A DNA stretch of 64,000 nt. Source: Eledone cirrhosa. Taxonomy: Eukaryota. Location: positions 54,188,001 to 54,252,000 of the forward strand of contig OZ024745.1 of NCBI GenBank assembly GCA_964016885.1, read 5' to 3'. The position numbers and the translations under genes were made by a program. Below the pieces are notes generated by a model that had not been told where the DNA came from, searched no databases, and saw nothing but the letters and a program-made list of their open reading frames with translations. How positions within the stretch are numbered: position 1 is the first letter of the stretch; each line of letters opens with the position of its first letter. Positions 43,185 to 58,824 of this stretch are shown here, one piece after another.

Positions 43185-44454
43185 AACCGTCTAAAAGCTG
43201 AGCCATAAAATGAAATACCTAAAATTATCAACGAAATCTACCTTAAATCACAAGCTACCATTTTATTAAAATAGATCCATCGGACGATCTACCACTAACT
43301 GAAGAATTTTAAAATGACCTAAGGGATGTAACAGCTGGAGCATCTTTTACCTTCTCAATCAGGTCTGACTTCGGATAAATAACTGCTCTTAAAATCATCT
43401 AACTGTATGTATATATCCATTTATATGTTTGAGCGTGTGTGAACGTGTCATTATCGCCCTCACCTCCAAGCAGCAAGCACACATCTAAATTTATATGCTC
43501 GATACACATCTACAAAATAAGTGTATCAAGTTCATGACATCACTCTGAACTATGTTAAGGATACATGTGTACCTGCAATACTCTGTCACTAAATAATTAC
43601 ATGTTAATTCACGAGTCAGACGTTCGCTTGATCAAACAACTGATTGGTTATCTTCAAAATTAACCTGTTCCTCATTTAATCCATTATATGCACACACCAT
43701 TGTACATTCACATGTTAGCGTAGGTTCCAAATCATAAATAACAATCACAGACCTGCCAACCTCTAAACACTCTAACGGGTAGTACAATAAAAAGTGCCCC
43801 AAAACGAGGAGAAATGAGGCAAAATGGGGAGATCTTACATATGAAAGTTATACCCATTTTCACAAGAAGACATCTCTCACCCACCCAAAGTAGTTGGGAG
43901 ATCTCTCCGTCCGACTAGGGAAAGTCGACAGGTCTGCAATCAATAGACATATACTTCTTCAGCTTTTGAGATATATGTACGCTAGCCTCTTAATGTTTCA
44001 TTCTAAATAACGACATAGGGATTTAAGCAAACTGTTCTTGGCTGGTAGACTTTATTCGCTGCTTGATTTAACACTATTACTTTATTATCTTATTCACATA
44101 TGCCTTTTGAACTTTCAAGATAAGCCATAAGTTGTGTTCTTTCTCTGCTTTCTTCACCACAGAAAGCTTTGCAGAGGGAACAAGTGTTGATCTCGCTCCC
44201 CGTCTAGTAAAAAGAATTACCCATTTCTTTCAAAGCGGGTTACTGAAAAAAGGAATGTAATTATGCAGCGCCAACAACTACCTATCTATCTACCTATCTA
44301 CCTACCTACATACACACATACATCATACATACCATATGCATGTGTGTATATATGTATCTCTGAATACCCACGCACACTCACGTGTATTAAGTGTTTGTAT
44401 ATGTGTGTGGCTTTGTGATATCTACAAAGCCCCTTTCACACCAACATATTACAA

Positions 44455-44501
<47 letters not shown>

Positions 44502-44597
44502 TGTGTGTGTATATATGCATGTGTGTGTAAGTATATATGTGTGTATATATATATATATGTGTGTGTATATATATATATATGCATATGTGTGTAGGTA

Positions 44598-44672
<75 letters not shown>

Positions 44673-44692
44673 GATTTGATTCGAAGTCGCTA

Positions 44693-44786
44693 GACGTATC
44701 TGAGGAACTTGCTAATCCAGAGTCAGGTCGATCCACAAACAAATCGCACCTCGAGCTGTTCGACGGAGAAACAATTGTAATACGTT
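44693..44786 (+). ncRNA. Type I hammerhead ribozyme with long stem II insert
   Basis: GACGTAT-CTGAGGA-(61 nt)-GAAAC-AATT-GTA-ATACGTT; the host segment 44670-44830 is bounded by (TA)n. Confidence 0.7.
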
Positions 44787-44827
44787 AATAAATTGTGTTT
44801 CGATGCATCACTGATTCTTCTTTTTCC

Positions 44828-44866
<39 letters not shown>

Positions 44867-45345
44867 TATATATATATACAGTATATATATATACAGTATA
44901 TATATATATATACAGTATATACAGTATATACGCGTATTTCTATAGGTATATATTAATACACACACAAACACACAGAGACTGACAAACACACACACACACA
45001 CACGCACGCACACACACACACACATACAAAGACATGTATATATGCATGTATCAACCAACTAAATACTAGTTGTAAATATAGAAGCTTCCGATCTGGTAAA
45101 TAACAATTATTTTTGTTGTCGTATTTAAACTGTACTTTACAGTTGAAGTAAATGGACACTGACATAATGACCTCATCTAATCATAGAATCACCTAAAAGT
45201 TGTCGCTCTCTTTCATGTCTCTTTATCCCTCACCCACCGCATTCTTTCTTTCTTTTCTTCGTTTATCCACCTCTCTCTTTACGCACACGCATACGTGCGC
45301 ATGCACACACACATCCACACGCACACACAGACATATACATATATA

Positions 45346-45433
<88 letters not shown>

Positions 45434-45496
45434 TATATACGTGAGTGTGTATGCTTGCATATATATAATATAGATATATATGTGAGTGTGTGTGCT

Positions 45497-45584
<88 letters not shown>

Positions 45585-45684
45585 AGACGTAAAATAAGAA
45601 AAATATAAAATTTAAGACAAAACCTATATATTTGCTAGCATTGATATGCATCTGTATGTATATATATGTTACTAGATATTAATT

Positions 45685-45720
<36 letters not shown>

Positions 45721-45724
<4 letters not shown>

Positions 45725-46249
45725 AGTGTAATTTTCTACACAAAACGAAGGTTATAGAGAAAATTGAGGTTGGTAATGGCACATGGAATATATAAGAGAC
45801 AGAATACTTTTTTGTGAAAAAACATAATTTTATAAGGTAAGGAAATAATAAAGGGTATAAAAAATGACCGGTTTCGATGGGTCTGCAAAAGCCATCTTTT
45901 CAAATGTTGATTAATATTAAGAAAAATTAATAATACGAAGAGTTAAAATTTGAGATTTGAAAATTCAAGTATAAAGTTCATTGTGGGATTTCATAGCAGT
46001 TTTCATCTAGGTAGCAACAACAGGTTGACTGCTGTGTCCCTTTCTGGTAGTGAATGAGAAGTTATTTGGGGTGTGGGTTATTTTATAAAGGTCAGATTTA
46101 GCAATCACCAACTGGCCAGCTGCTGGTCAGTGAGGGGGGTGGAAGCAATATACATACACATATCTTCCTGTGGTGGGTAGGAAAGTGGAGCGTGATAGAA
46201 AGGGATTTAGTGCACTTACACCTATATATACACACATACCTTCATCCAC

Positions 46250-46316
<67 letters not shown>

Positions 46317-46377
46317 CACACATACATACACACACACATACATATAAATACACACATACACACACATATATACACAT

Positions 46378-46426
<49 letters not shown>

Positions 46427-46455
46427 TATATATACATCCAGATACACACATACAT

Positions 46456-46539
<84 letters not shown>

Positions 46540-47985
46540 CCCCCCACACATACATACACACACACACACACATATATATATACATACACACATACAAACA
46601 TACACACACACACACACATATATATACACACATACACACACATATATACACACACACACACACGCATATATATATATACACGTACGCATACATCCAGATA
46701 CACACATACATACACACACACACGCACACACAATACATACATCCACATGCACACACATACACACACACACACACATATACACATACATACACCCACACAC
46801 AGAGAAATGGCCTCCAAATATATATATATACATACAGACATATATTTTTTCCATAATATAGGAAGTTGGGACAGTGAAATTAAAATACAAGTCATTCTGA
46901 TCACATTAAGTTCTTCATGTAGATTGGGCCCCGCAACCGACAGTGGTGAATTCTGTGTGCGCATATATATATATAGATATATGTGTGTGCACGTGCAAGG
47001 TTTAACATGGATGTGTTGGTCACACAAAGGCATGGTCTGTCAATGAATAAACCTGATTCTACAGAATTGGTCTCTGGTCTTTAATAGTAGTGATTCCGTG
47101 CGTATGTGTGTTTATATATTATGACAATTCTATTGGGGTGATAACCCGTTTAGTTTTGGTTTAAATTTGTTAAGGAATAGATTTTCTTTGTTTATTCTTT
47201 GTTGCTGTGTGAACGAATCTGAGCACTTGTAGAAGGGGAAGATTTTAAAGTTGGGTAGTGTCATTCCTGCGCAGTTCGCAATATGGCTGCTCAAGGGGAT
47301 TTTTCTTGTGTTAGCGTCCCGGATTTGTTGGCGGTGGATGGTCATTCTTTTGCGTAATGAGGTGCCCGTCTGTCCTATGTAGTTGTGTTTGCACCCACCG
47401 CAAGTTATTGCGTAAATCAAGTTCTCCGAGTTGCAGGTGAAATTGTTTTTTACTGTAAATGTTTGGCCATCTTTGAATGTAAATGTTTGTCCTTCAGTGA
47501 GGTAGAGGCACGTTCCACAGTTTGTTCTACCACATTTGGTAACTGTAGGGTTGAGGATTGGTTTGGGTATATTTGGTCCAGTGAGAATGCGTTTAAGTGA
47601 TTTGGGTTGTCTTTTACTTTTAAGGATCTTGTGTGTTTCAAGAATAGACTTCATTTTTACATCTTTAAGTAGGATGGGGAGGCTTTTGTGTAGGTGATCA
47701 AACATTTCGGTATTTCTGGGGTTGAAAGTGGATACATATGGCAGGGTGTTGAGTGTGGTTTTCTGTTTTGGATTGTTAAGTTGATGGGGATTTAGGTGTT
47801 TTGCCCTGTCTATTCCATTGTTGATTATTTCAAGTGGAAAGGCTCTTAAGATAAGGGTGTCTTTTAGTTCCTTTAGTCTTTGCTCCCGTTTAGGTGGATC
47901 TGATACTATGGTACATATACGTTTGGCCAAATTGTAAGGAATGTTAAGTTTTGTATGTTTTGGGTGACTTGATGTGAAAAAGAGG
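45721..47985 (-). mobile_element. 5'-truncated Penelope-like element (Neptune/Nematis-like) with degenerate HHR in its 3' region
   Basis: ORF fragment, then 3' region with TTGAAAA-GATGG..CCATC-GAAACCGGTC (reverse complement of 45865-45903). Both ends abut (TA)n. Confidence 0.65.
47130..47985 (-). pseudogene. Penelope-like RT thumb + Zn-linker + GIY-YIG endonuclease (uninterrupted frame, 5' truncated)
   Basis: YLFFTSSHP..NIPYNLAKRICTIVSD, CGRTNCGTC linker, NLIYAITCGGCKHNYIGQT..LRKRMTIH, SSH, KE..F.NKFKPKLN. Confidence 0.93.
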
Positions 47986-48157
47986 TATATATATATATAT
48001 TTGCAAGCACACACACGCACTCACATTCACACACACACACATATACATATATACTCACATGTATATATATATATATAAATGTGTGTGTAAGTATATACAC
48101 ATATATACTTATAGGCCTCCATAGGAACGCACACATCTATACACAAACTCACATACT

Positions 48158-48240
<83 letters not shown>

Positions 48241-48242
<2 letters not shown>

Positions 48243-48681
48243 GGAAAGTTATATTTAAATTGTTGGGTTACAACCAGTAAATATTTATAACTGATATAAA
48301 AGCACTCGACAAGTATTTGGAGTATATTTACAATATTAAATAAATGGAAACTATATTTATAAAACCATATCTATTTCATTATATATATTTCAGGGATAAC
48401 ATATTAACAATATGCTATGCCTTCCTCATACAAAATACAATATAAACAGTTTTATAGATAAATAGATTCGACATACCGTAACAACATCGATTTGTATTTG
48501 CCAATTCAACCTTTTCAAATACAAGTCGATGTTATAACGGTATGTCGAATCTATTTATCTATAAAACTGTTTATATTGTATTTTGTATGAGGAAGGCATA
48601 GCATATTGTTAATATGATATCCCTGAAATATATATAATGAAATAGATATGGTTTTATAAATATAGTTTCCATTTATTTAAT

Positions 48682-48687
<6 letters not shown>
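48241..48687. mobile_element. Fold-back of the Naiad-like pLTR (arms 48329-48687, ~88-bp tail), HHR core mutated (ATGAGGA)
   Basis: ~170-bp mirrored arms homologous to 7090-7220 and 9783-9885. Confidence 0.85.
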
Positions 48688-48716
<29 letters not shown>

Positions 48717-48890
48717 GTCGTTCCCCACCTCCCACTCTCAAAAGAGTGAACCTAATAAACCTTTATTTGTCTGCCTCTCTGTTTTGTTCCCGTATAAATT
48801 TGCACTATATATATATATATATATATACATTACAGAAAAAGCGATAAAGCTAGATAAAACTTCGAAGTCACTGTCACATTTCTACTTAGA

Positions 48891-49080
48891 AAATAATTGT
48901 TACTACTTTTGGCACAAGGCCACCAATAAACCAGTATATTACTGGTACTTTATTTTATCGACCCCGTAAGGATGAAAGGCAAAGTTAACTACGGCGGGAT
49001 TTGAACTCAGTCCGTAAAGGGACGTAACTGTGCTGCAAAGCATGGCGTCTGACCCTCTACCGATACTGCCAATTCACTAC
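48891..49080 (-). mobile_element. tRNA-derived SINE
   Basis: Core and B-box. Confidence 0.9.
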
Positions 49081-49195
49081 GCCAGTATTGAGTGGTCACT
49101 CTGTTTATGTTTGAAATAATACTGCATTTTAAACACACATTGTTATATATAAACTCTACTTCGGTATTCTGTACTATTTCTCATGTACACCAATA

Positions 49196-49238
<43 letters not shown>

Positions 49239-49264
49239 TACACACACATATGTATACACACACA

Positions 49265-49350
<86 letters not shown>

Positions 49351-49386
49351 TTTATTGAATTTATATATAATAGTATATATATAATA

Positions 49387-49444
<58 letters not shown>

Positions 49445-49478
49445 ACATGCATATATATATGTGTGTGTATATATATAT

Positions 49479-49586
<108 letters not shown>

Positions 49587-49647
49587 TATATACATATATA
49601 TGTATATATATATGATATGTATATATATGTGTATATGTGTAAATCTC

Positions 49648-49682
<35 letters not shown>

Positions 49683-49742
49683 TTATATACATATATATAT
49701 ATATATACACGTAAAAATTAGCGAGAATCGAATTTCAGCTCA

Positions 49743-49959
<217 letters not shown>

Positions 49960-49974
49960 CATATATATATATAT

Positions 49975-50016
<42 letters not shown>

Positions 50017-50081
50017 TATGAAGAGAGAAGAAACATTTAGATATAATTAGTAATAAAATGTATCATACCTAAACTGTTCCT

Positions 50082-50136
<55 letters not shown>

Positions 50137-50387
50137 CTAGCTATCTTTCTTTCTTTCCCACTTCTTTTCGAAAATAGAAAATAGCTGATGACCTGAAGGT
50201 TGACCACCTATTTGTCCAGACGTATTTATATTTTGAAGTGAATATTATGAATAGCAAGAATAGTAGACGGGGAAGGTTGTATTTATATGTATATATGGTG
50301 GTGCAGGAAATTATTGTGAGGGGGTGGATGCAGATAATAAGACGGTTATCATATTGCTGCTGCTGCTGCTGACGTTAACGAAAGTTA

Positions 50388-51082
50388 TAATAATTGTTTC
50401 TACTTTAGGCCAGCAATTTGAAGGGGAGGGGGTTAGTGAGTAAATTAACCCCAGTGCATTACTGGTGCTTTATTTCATGGACCCCGTAAGGGTAAAAGGC
50501 TAAGCTAACCTCGGTGGGATTTAAGCACAGAACGTAAAGGGCCATAACACTATGCTGCAAAGCATGTTGTCCGACGCTCTACAATTCTGCCAAATGTTGA
50601 CGATTATCATGATGACTACGTAGATGAAAGACAAGGAGAAGGACAAGAAAATAATAATAATGATTTCTTATATAGGCACAAGGTCAGCAATTTTGGGGGA
50701 AGGGAAAGTCGATTAAATCGACCCCAGTACATTACTGGTACTTTAGTTCATCGACCCCGTAAGGATGAAAGGCAAAGTTAACCTCGGCGGGATTTGATCT
50801 CAGATCATAAAGGGGCGTAACTCTATGCTGCAAAGCATGGCATCAGATCCTCAACCGATACTGCCAACCCACCGCCAGTCTACTGGACAAGAAAATAATT
50901 GTTTCTACTTTTTGGCACAAGGCCAGCAATTAAACCAGTGTATTACTGGTACTTTATTTTATCGACCCCGTAAGGATGAAAGGTAAAGTTAACCTCGGCG
51001 GGACTTGAACTCAGTCCGTAAAGGGACGTAACTGTGCTGCAATGCATGGCGTCCGACCCTCTACCGATACTGCCAATCCACT
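50388..51082 (-). mobile_element. Cluster of three SINE copies (50388-50592; 50651-50876; 50893-51082)
   Basis: Three cores in the same orientation; two long forms and one short form. Confidence 0.9.
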
Positions 51083-51389
51083 AATAATAAGTAGAATCAA
51101 AGCTGTAAGGAAATTTGTTGCGGTGATCGTGACAGTTTTTATAGTTTTTATGTTTGAGCACGACACAATACTAAATAATTGTTTACAATTTTTACTATTA
51201 ATACTTGTGTTTCGACAGGTCTATTGTCTTTGTAAAATAAATTACGTGTACTTACTGGCATGGTGAAATTTGTAAGGTTTTAGCTTACACATTGATGTGC
51301 TCCATAAACCATGTGTTATGTGGCCTTTTATAGATTTTTAAATCACATTTTTTAATGTATGTATGTATGTATGTATGTATGTATGTATG

Positions 51390-51420
<31 letters not shown>

Positions 51421-51520
51421 GTATGTATGTATGTATGTATGTATGTATGTATGTATGTATGTATGTATGTGTGTGTGTATGTGTGTATGTATGTATGTGT
51501 GTAAGTATATAATATATGTA

Positions 51521-51573
<53 letters not shown>

Positions 51574-54009
51574 ATGTATGTATTTGTGAGTGTATTTGTG
51601 TGTGTGTATTTGTGTGTGTGCGCCTGCGCGGATGTTTGTGTGCTTATATGTGTGTAACATATAGTTTGTACATATATCTAGCTATCTCAGTGATAGTCCT
51701 GGCTAGAACATCCTTTGATCACAATCTGCCTTATCATGGCTGAATAATTTTCTTTTTAGATAACTAAAATGTTTTATTTCATGAATATAATGAACAAAGG
51801 AAATCACATCGCACCAAGCAAACGTTTCTTTGTCCCGGATGAATTAGTGCTAAACAATCAAAAGTAACTACAATAACTGGAATAATTTCCTGGAATTCAA
51901 CGGGAAATGATGATGATGATGATGATGATGATAATGATGATGATGAAGATGATGATGATGATGATGATGATGATAATGATGATGGTGATGATGATGATGA
52001 TGATCATTATCATCATCATCATCTTCATTTGTTTAATGTTGATTATTCTTTTATTTCGTTTGTCTGTCTTCTGTGTTTGATGTTTACACTTATTATTTTA
52101 TGAAACCGACTATTTCTGGTGTGTAATTGGTGTTGTATTCTTTGTGCTGCTTTGCAGAATATGTTTCTTAGATACGTCTATAATTATTTTGTTGAACGAA
52201 TGTATTACAGTGTCGCTCTTTGCGAATTTTGTTTTGTTGAATTCTAAAAATCTTGATTGTATTCCTCAGTAGAACTCGTTCCATTATGATTTTTTGAAGT
52301 GTCTAAAAATGAATTTGCTTTCTACATTAATTTGTGGGTATGTTGTGATGAAAATTGGTTGATAACTTTAGAAGAATTGGGAAATTGCTTGCCGAATCGT
52401 TATAGTAGTTAAATGAAGGGAGCAGAAATTAATGTTTGGTTAAGCTGTTGTTGGAGCTGTTTTTAGTGGTAGTAATGAGGATCACGATGACACCGACGAT
52501 AATGTTGTGCTATAGTAAGGTTGTCATCGTACTTCATAAAACTGCTGTTGTTAGATCTACTATGTCTTTCTTGAGACTCATATCAGCTTTGATTGAACAC
52601 ACCTATTATCAAAGGAATTCCAGCTATGACGATCCAATCATTTTTGCTTTATCTAGGACTACATTGTGTACAGTATGTCCATACCTATTTTAATAAAGTA
52701 GGACGTGATTGAAAGTAGAAGCGGAATCTATCCATTGCAAGTCAAATGACCGCTCAACGGCCCCCCTCATTGGTTTATACAGCTTCCGCTGTTCTTCTTT
52801 AGCTACAATTTTACTATAATAGAATAATCTTTGAGCAAAGGCATGCCATCCATCGACCAACCTGAAATTTTAGTGTTATGCAGAATTACTTTATCAAATG
52901 TGTCTATTTCTTTGCTAAATCAACAGGGTTTAATTTGAGGGAAATTTGGTTGTTGTTTCTAGCGAGTCGTAGTCGTTTTGTGGGTCTAGAATCAGGTCTG
53001 CCCTTATTGAGTTCCTATGATGAGATATTCCAACTGTAACCGTCCCGTCTTTGTTCATGGACTAGAGTATTTAGGACTACATCATCACATGCACTCTTTC
53101 CTTTTTCAAGATGATTATGTCTGATTTGTGAGAGATTTGTCGACTATGCCTAACAAGTCGAGTGACCACATTGAGGCTCTCCCGTTGGTGAACTGCTTGT
53201 ATTGATACTGTTCGTTATAGTAAATCCGACCAAACCACATATCACTTTTTTTTCACTGCTGCACTCAACATCTGCCCACATTGCGCTATGAATATGACAA
53301 TTAGTCTGGGACCATTATCACTCTTATTGCCCGTGACTGCTACCTTTGTAATGTACTTGGCAGTTACCCTTATATTGCCGCATATACCTATAGGCAGGTC
53401 CCTTCTTGAAGTCTTGCCTCACCCACGTTTTTGAAGACTAAACAGACACTTCTTTATACTTTGAGCAGTGGAGGGATCAGAACGACTAAGAACGTCTTTC
53501 AGCTGCTCTTTGCAATGAATCGTGAATGTATATCCTTTCTCCTCGCTCGTTCTTAGATAAATTTATCAAGCAAAGAAACACCTGTTTTTGACACATTTTG
53601 TCAAGATTCCTTCTGTAAATTTACTATCCCTGTATACAAAATGGCTTGTGCTTAGCATCACAGTCGGATAATGACCTACTATTAATATTCTCGCTCTGAA
53701 AATGTGAGTGTGTGCATTGTAGTTGTTACAATTAAAAGCGTCTCTAAAACCGTTTTCAATAGAAATATTACTAAATATTTTCATTAAAGCGCGTTAGTCC
53801 AGTTGCGAAAGATTTTTTCCTATTTTGTTTATTACCTGTTTCTTTTGCGAGTATTTCCATTCGTTTAAGTTAACAATAACAACGTTCAAAAAGGCCAGCT
53901 TTCAACAATAATTAGAACGTTTAAGGACAATAACTAAACACGTATTATTCGTTCAAAAGCAATAATAAAAACAATAACAATAACATTATTATTATCAATA
54001 ATAATAATA

Positions 54010-54387
54010 GTGGCTTTTGACAAGGAAAAAAGATCTTGCTTGATTATAGATGTAGCTTGCCCCTTGGACAGAGGAGTGCAAGAAAAGAAGGAGAAATTTA
54101 ATTGGTACTAGGATTTAAAGTGGGAACTGAAAAGGATTTGGGATTGTCATAAGATCAAGATCGTTCCCATCGTCATAGGAGCATTAGGTACTATCTAGAT
54201 GAGTTTCCAAGGCTGGTTAAAGAACGTTTGTCTACTTCTAAAGGTATGCCTACTAGGAACAGCAAGGACCCTCCGATACGTCCTGAATATCTGAGGATGT
54301 AGGTAGCGCCTTGATGTTCATTAGGGCAAATTCTCCTGTTAAATAACATCAATGACTGGGATATCAAATTCACAATAATAATAATAA
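54010..54387 (+). pseudogene. 3' fragment of a Dong/R4-like non-LTR element (restriction-like endonuclease) within (TAA)n
   Basis: Translates as VAFDKEKRSCLIIDVACPLD...EK...Y*DLKWELKRIW...IVPIVIGALGTI; AATAATAAT on both sides. Confidence 0.8.
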
Positions 54388-54504
54388 AGAGGATGATGAT
54401 GAAGATGGTGATGAAACTAACCAAATAAATCATGTCTCCTCGAAAACGGTTGCGTTGTATTTATAAATATATAAACAAAATAATAAATAAAACTAAAGGA
54501 AGAA

Positions 54505-54940
54505 AAACAAGAGCAACAGCAACATCAGCAGGAACTTCAGCAACAGCATTAGCAATAACAACAACAGCAACTACAGCAGCACCAAAAACAGCAGCAGCAG
54601 CAGCAGCAGCAACCTCAGTAACAACAACAACAGCAACGATAACAACTACAGCAGCAACAACAAAAACATCATCTACACCAGCAGCAACATCAGCAACGGC
54701 AACAACAACAACAACAACAACAACAAAAACAACATCTACAGCAACATCAGAAACAGCAACAACAATAAGAACAACGGCAATAATAACAACAACATCATCT
54801 ACAGGAGCAGCAATATTAACGACATCAGCAATAACAACAGTAACAACAACAGCAACAGCAACAACAACAACAACAACAACAACAGCAACAGCAACAGCAA
54901 CAACAACAGCAACAGCAACAGCAACAACAACAACAGCCGC
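54505..54940 (+). repeat. Degenerate (CAA/CAG)n trinucleotide tract
   Basis: Seen directly. Confidence 0.9.
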
Positions 54941-55100
54941 AGTAGAAACTACCAGGAAAAGAATACAGCAAATGCAAGGAAAGAGGAAGACGAAAAACAG
55001 ACCAGCATTTACGAGCAATAATATTGTGTAGCCAGCCTTATGGAAGACCAGAGCAGAATTAACCGTATGATCAATTTTCTTGAATCATGTCTTAAAAGAA

Positions 55101-55178
55101 ACAGATGTAAAGGGGGAACGGAAGAAGAAGAAGAAGAAGAAGAAGAAGAAGAAGAAGAAGAAGAAGAAGAAGAAGAAG

Positions 55179-55209
<31 letters not shown>

Positions 55210-55285
55210 GGGTGAAGAAGAAGATGAAGACGAAGAAGAAGAATGATGAAGGAGAAAGAAGAAGAAGAAGAAGAAGAAGAAGAAG

Positions 55286-55316
<31 letters not shown>

Positions 55317-55337
55317 GGGTGAAGAAGTAGAAGTGGG

Positions 55338-55404
<67 letters not shown>

Positions 55405-55430
55405 TAATAATAATAAGAAGAAGAAGAAAG
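55101..55430 (+). repeat. (GAA)n and (TAA)n tracts
   Basis: Seen directly. Confidence 0.95.
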
Positions 55431-55442
55431 AAAAAGCAAACG

Positions 55443-55590
55443 ATTATTTCTACTTTTGGCTCAAGGCCAGCAATTATCTTCTAGGTAGATTACTGATACT
55501 TTATTTTATCGACCCCGTAAGGATAAAAGGCAAAGCTAACCTCGGCAGGATTTGAACTCAGAAGTAAAGGACCATAACTCTATGCTGCTA
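55443..55590 (-). mobile_element. Truncated tRNA-derived SINE
   Basis: Core and B-box. Confidence 0.8.
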
Positions 55591-57147
55591 AAAAGAAAAT
55601 AATAATTGTTTCTAGTAAAGAAATATTGCTGGGAATGTTTCTGGTTGTATTGAAGAAAGAAGTTGATTTTATTGACTCAGTGCTTAACTGCTACCTTATC
55701 CTAGCCACACCTCGATTTCAAATGGGAACACAAGGAGAAATAGTTCCGACGTTCTAACGAATCTGCCAATTCAAATCCATAACCAGATTAAATATTTCAA
55801 AAATAAAGACTAGCTATTTGAGGGTAGGGGAACTGTCGATTGTATTGAATCCAGTATTTTACTGGTACTTTATATATCCTCCTCGAAATGATGAAAGAAC
55901 AAATATTACAAGTGAAATTAATCTTTTAACCCCCCCCCCCCCCCCCATCATCTATAAGATGATGAAAAATGAACAAATATGATATAGTAATGAAAGATTT
56001 GGAACAGGGAAAGCAAAAACAATTGAAACTTACTACTTCACAAGGAAACTTGAAAATAAAAGTCAACAAGAAAAAAGAAAGCTAGTAAAACAAGTAGAAC
56101 AATGCCAACGATGACACCGAAGCAAATATTTAGATATATTTAGGAATCCTTTGATTGATTGTTGGAAAATGAAAACAAATGAAACGGAATTTTAGTGATT
56201 AGTAATGATTTCAAATTTAGACACAAAATTAAAAATTTAGTGGTATTTGGATAAACCAACCCCAGTACTTGACGTGTACTTTATTTAATCAACCCAGGAA
56301 AGATGGAATGCAAAGTTGACAGTGGTGGTATTTTACGTCAGAACGTAAGAGTTCGCAATTAAATACTTGAAACGTTTTGTTCAGCTTTCTAACACACAAA
56401 GAAATGGTACAAAGTAACTATAAAATTAGAGGTGTAAACAAGGAAATAACGAAAATAAAATAATAAGCATTTCCAGCAATAAAAATTCCCTAATAAATGG
56501 GACACTGCTGATGGCTATTCGAGAAAACCTTGCAAAACCAGAAACAACCTGACCACGAAGGCAAGCGCATTTTCACTTTAACTCTGCTATGTTAACACTG
56601 TCAACTATACCTCAACAAATATACTGGGAGAAGCTGTTCCGTCTCCCCTACCTTCCAAAAAATGTCGATGAAGAATGTGCCTATTTTCAATTTTTTTTTT
56701 TAAATTGTCCATCATATGACATCTTTCCCAATAACCATCAGACATAGCTTTTCCGCTCAACGGAAGGCGACTGAATGAGATTCACAACAAATTCAGTCAG
56801 TTGATAGCTAGATCGGTCCCACACGTGACTACATTGAGAAAGATTTTCTATTTCACGTTGCTCCATTCTCCTCAGCATACCAAACATTGTGACACACTGA
56901 ATTATTCTATGCTCAGCTGCTTGCACGTTCATTTTAAGAGCAGGCTATTCTATGGAACAAATTATTGGAACATCCCCCGCCAGAACCGACAGAGATCGAA
57001 CAACTGCTTCCTGTTTCTTCAAATCTGTGGGAAATGTTAATTTCTTTCTTTCTTTCATACTTTATTTTTTACAATATTGCATTCTTTTATTCATTAGTTC
57101 ATTCTTTCATTCATTCTTTCTTTCTTTGTTTCTTTGTTTCTTTGTTA

Positions 57148-57217
<70 letters not shown>

Positions 57218-57304
57218 CCCTTCCTTCCTTTTCTAATTACTTTCTCAATCTCCCACATTCTATTAAATTCAAATTTTTTTCTACTTTTTTCCTGTCACAA
57301 TTTC

Positions 57305-57396
<92 letters not shown>

Positions 57397-57987
57397 TTCA
57401 TTCATTCTGTTTCTTTTCTATGTCTTTCTTTCTTTTTTTCTTTTCTATTATCTTCATACTTCCAAATTATTTCTGAAATTAGAATTTTGGATATTATATA
57501 TAATTTTTAAATGCCAAAATAAAGAAAGCTGCCATTTTGATATTATTGCAAGCGAATAAAAATCACCAAATATCCGCGTTATTTGTTGCAATTTTCTAAG
57601 GAAAAAAAAAACAGCAACAACAACAACAAAAACAACAACGACGATGACAACAACAACTTCAGCAACGACAATAACAATATCATCATGAGTAGTAACGACT
57701 GCAGCAACAACAGTAAAAATCACAACAATAATAACAGCAATAACAAAACCAATTAAATATAAAATAAAACCGCTAAATAAATAGCTGGAGGTTTATACAC
57801 AGTGGTTGTTTGTGTTTCTTTATATAACGTTTATGTTATGATAATTAAATATTAGTATAATTGATCTCGATTTCTTCCACATTCTCTGCATCCTTAGCAA
57901 CACAGCACATATGGGGATCAGTAACATCTTGCAGCTTAAATTCATTGTTCTTAATGACAGTTTTATGAGAGTATGGAATTAACAAAT

Positions 57988-58380
57988 GGTACAGTTCGAG
58001 GACATAATGTTGTTATCAACTGGGGCCAATGTGAGAACAGGCAGAAAAGGAAAATAGAGAAAGCAGTGCCAGTGGTAAAAGGGTGACCGAAGTAATAGAA
58101 ACTAGTGGAAAGAATGGCAACTGGCAGAGTGGGCTTGGAATATTTTACAAAGACACGGGTTGGCAAGGCCCCAAATAAAGGAGGGACATTGTCTTATCCA
58201 GGAAGAGCTAGGGGCCGAAGAAAAGCAAGAGAGCGGCAAGGAGCGTGGACGAGATAAGAGAGTATGCAACATTGCAAGTACATATAGTTTAACATCACAC
58301 ATGTGAACTTCCAGCCTGTCTGGTCCTTTCTCCAGGCTGTCTACGATACCCCATCAAGCCCAGATAACATTCATACATGT
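57988..58380 (+). pseudogene. Degenerate HERO-like non-LTR retrotransposon fragment (region between RT and CCHC/REL)
   Basis: Frameshifted peptides NVRTGRK, ATGRVGLEYF, IQEEL, RQGAWTR*E, FLQAVYDTPSSPDNIH. Confidence 0.65.
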
Positions 58381-58561
58381 GACAAGAGCAATGCGTTTTC
58401 CTATTGATTCTGCTTTGAAAGTGAAGAAGGCCGCTATCGCTAGCATAATAATTAGGCGCCCATTGCAGTTACTGAAAACAGTCACTGCTATCAGCATAAG
58501 TTGTGGCACACCCACACCTACACACAGACGCACACACACACATGTATGTATATATGCATAT

Positions 58562-58662
<101 letters not shown>

Positions 58663-58785
58663 AATTATATTAATAAAAATATAAAAAGTAACTATGGCAA
58701 TATATAAGGGTATGTACACACACACACACACACACTCATATATATATATATGAGAGTTTAGCTTTAAACTATCTCTGTTATTGTA

Positions 58786-58824
<39 letters not shown>

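Noticed and set aside
54432-55031. Thr/Ala-rich mucin-like 199-aa ORF
   Set aside because: It is a degenerate CAA/CAG tract with no signal peptide or supporting exon structure.
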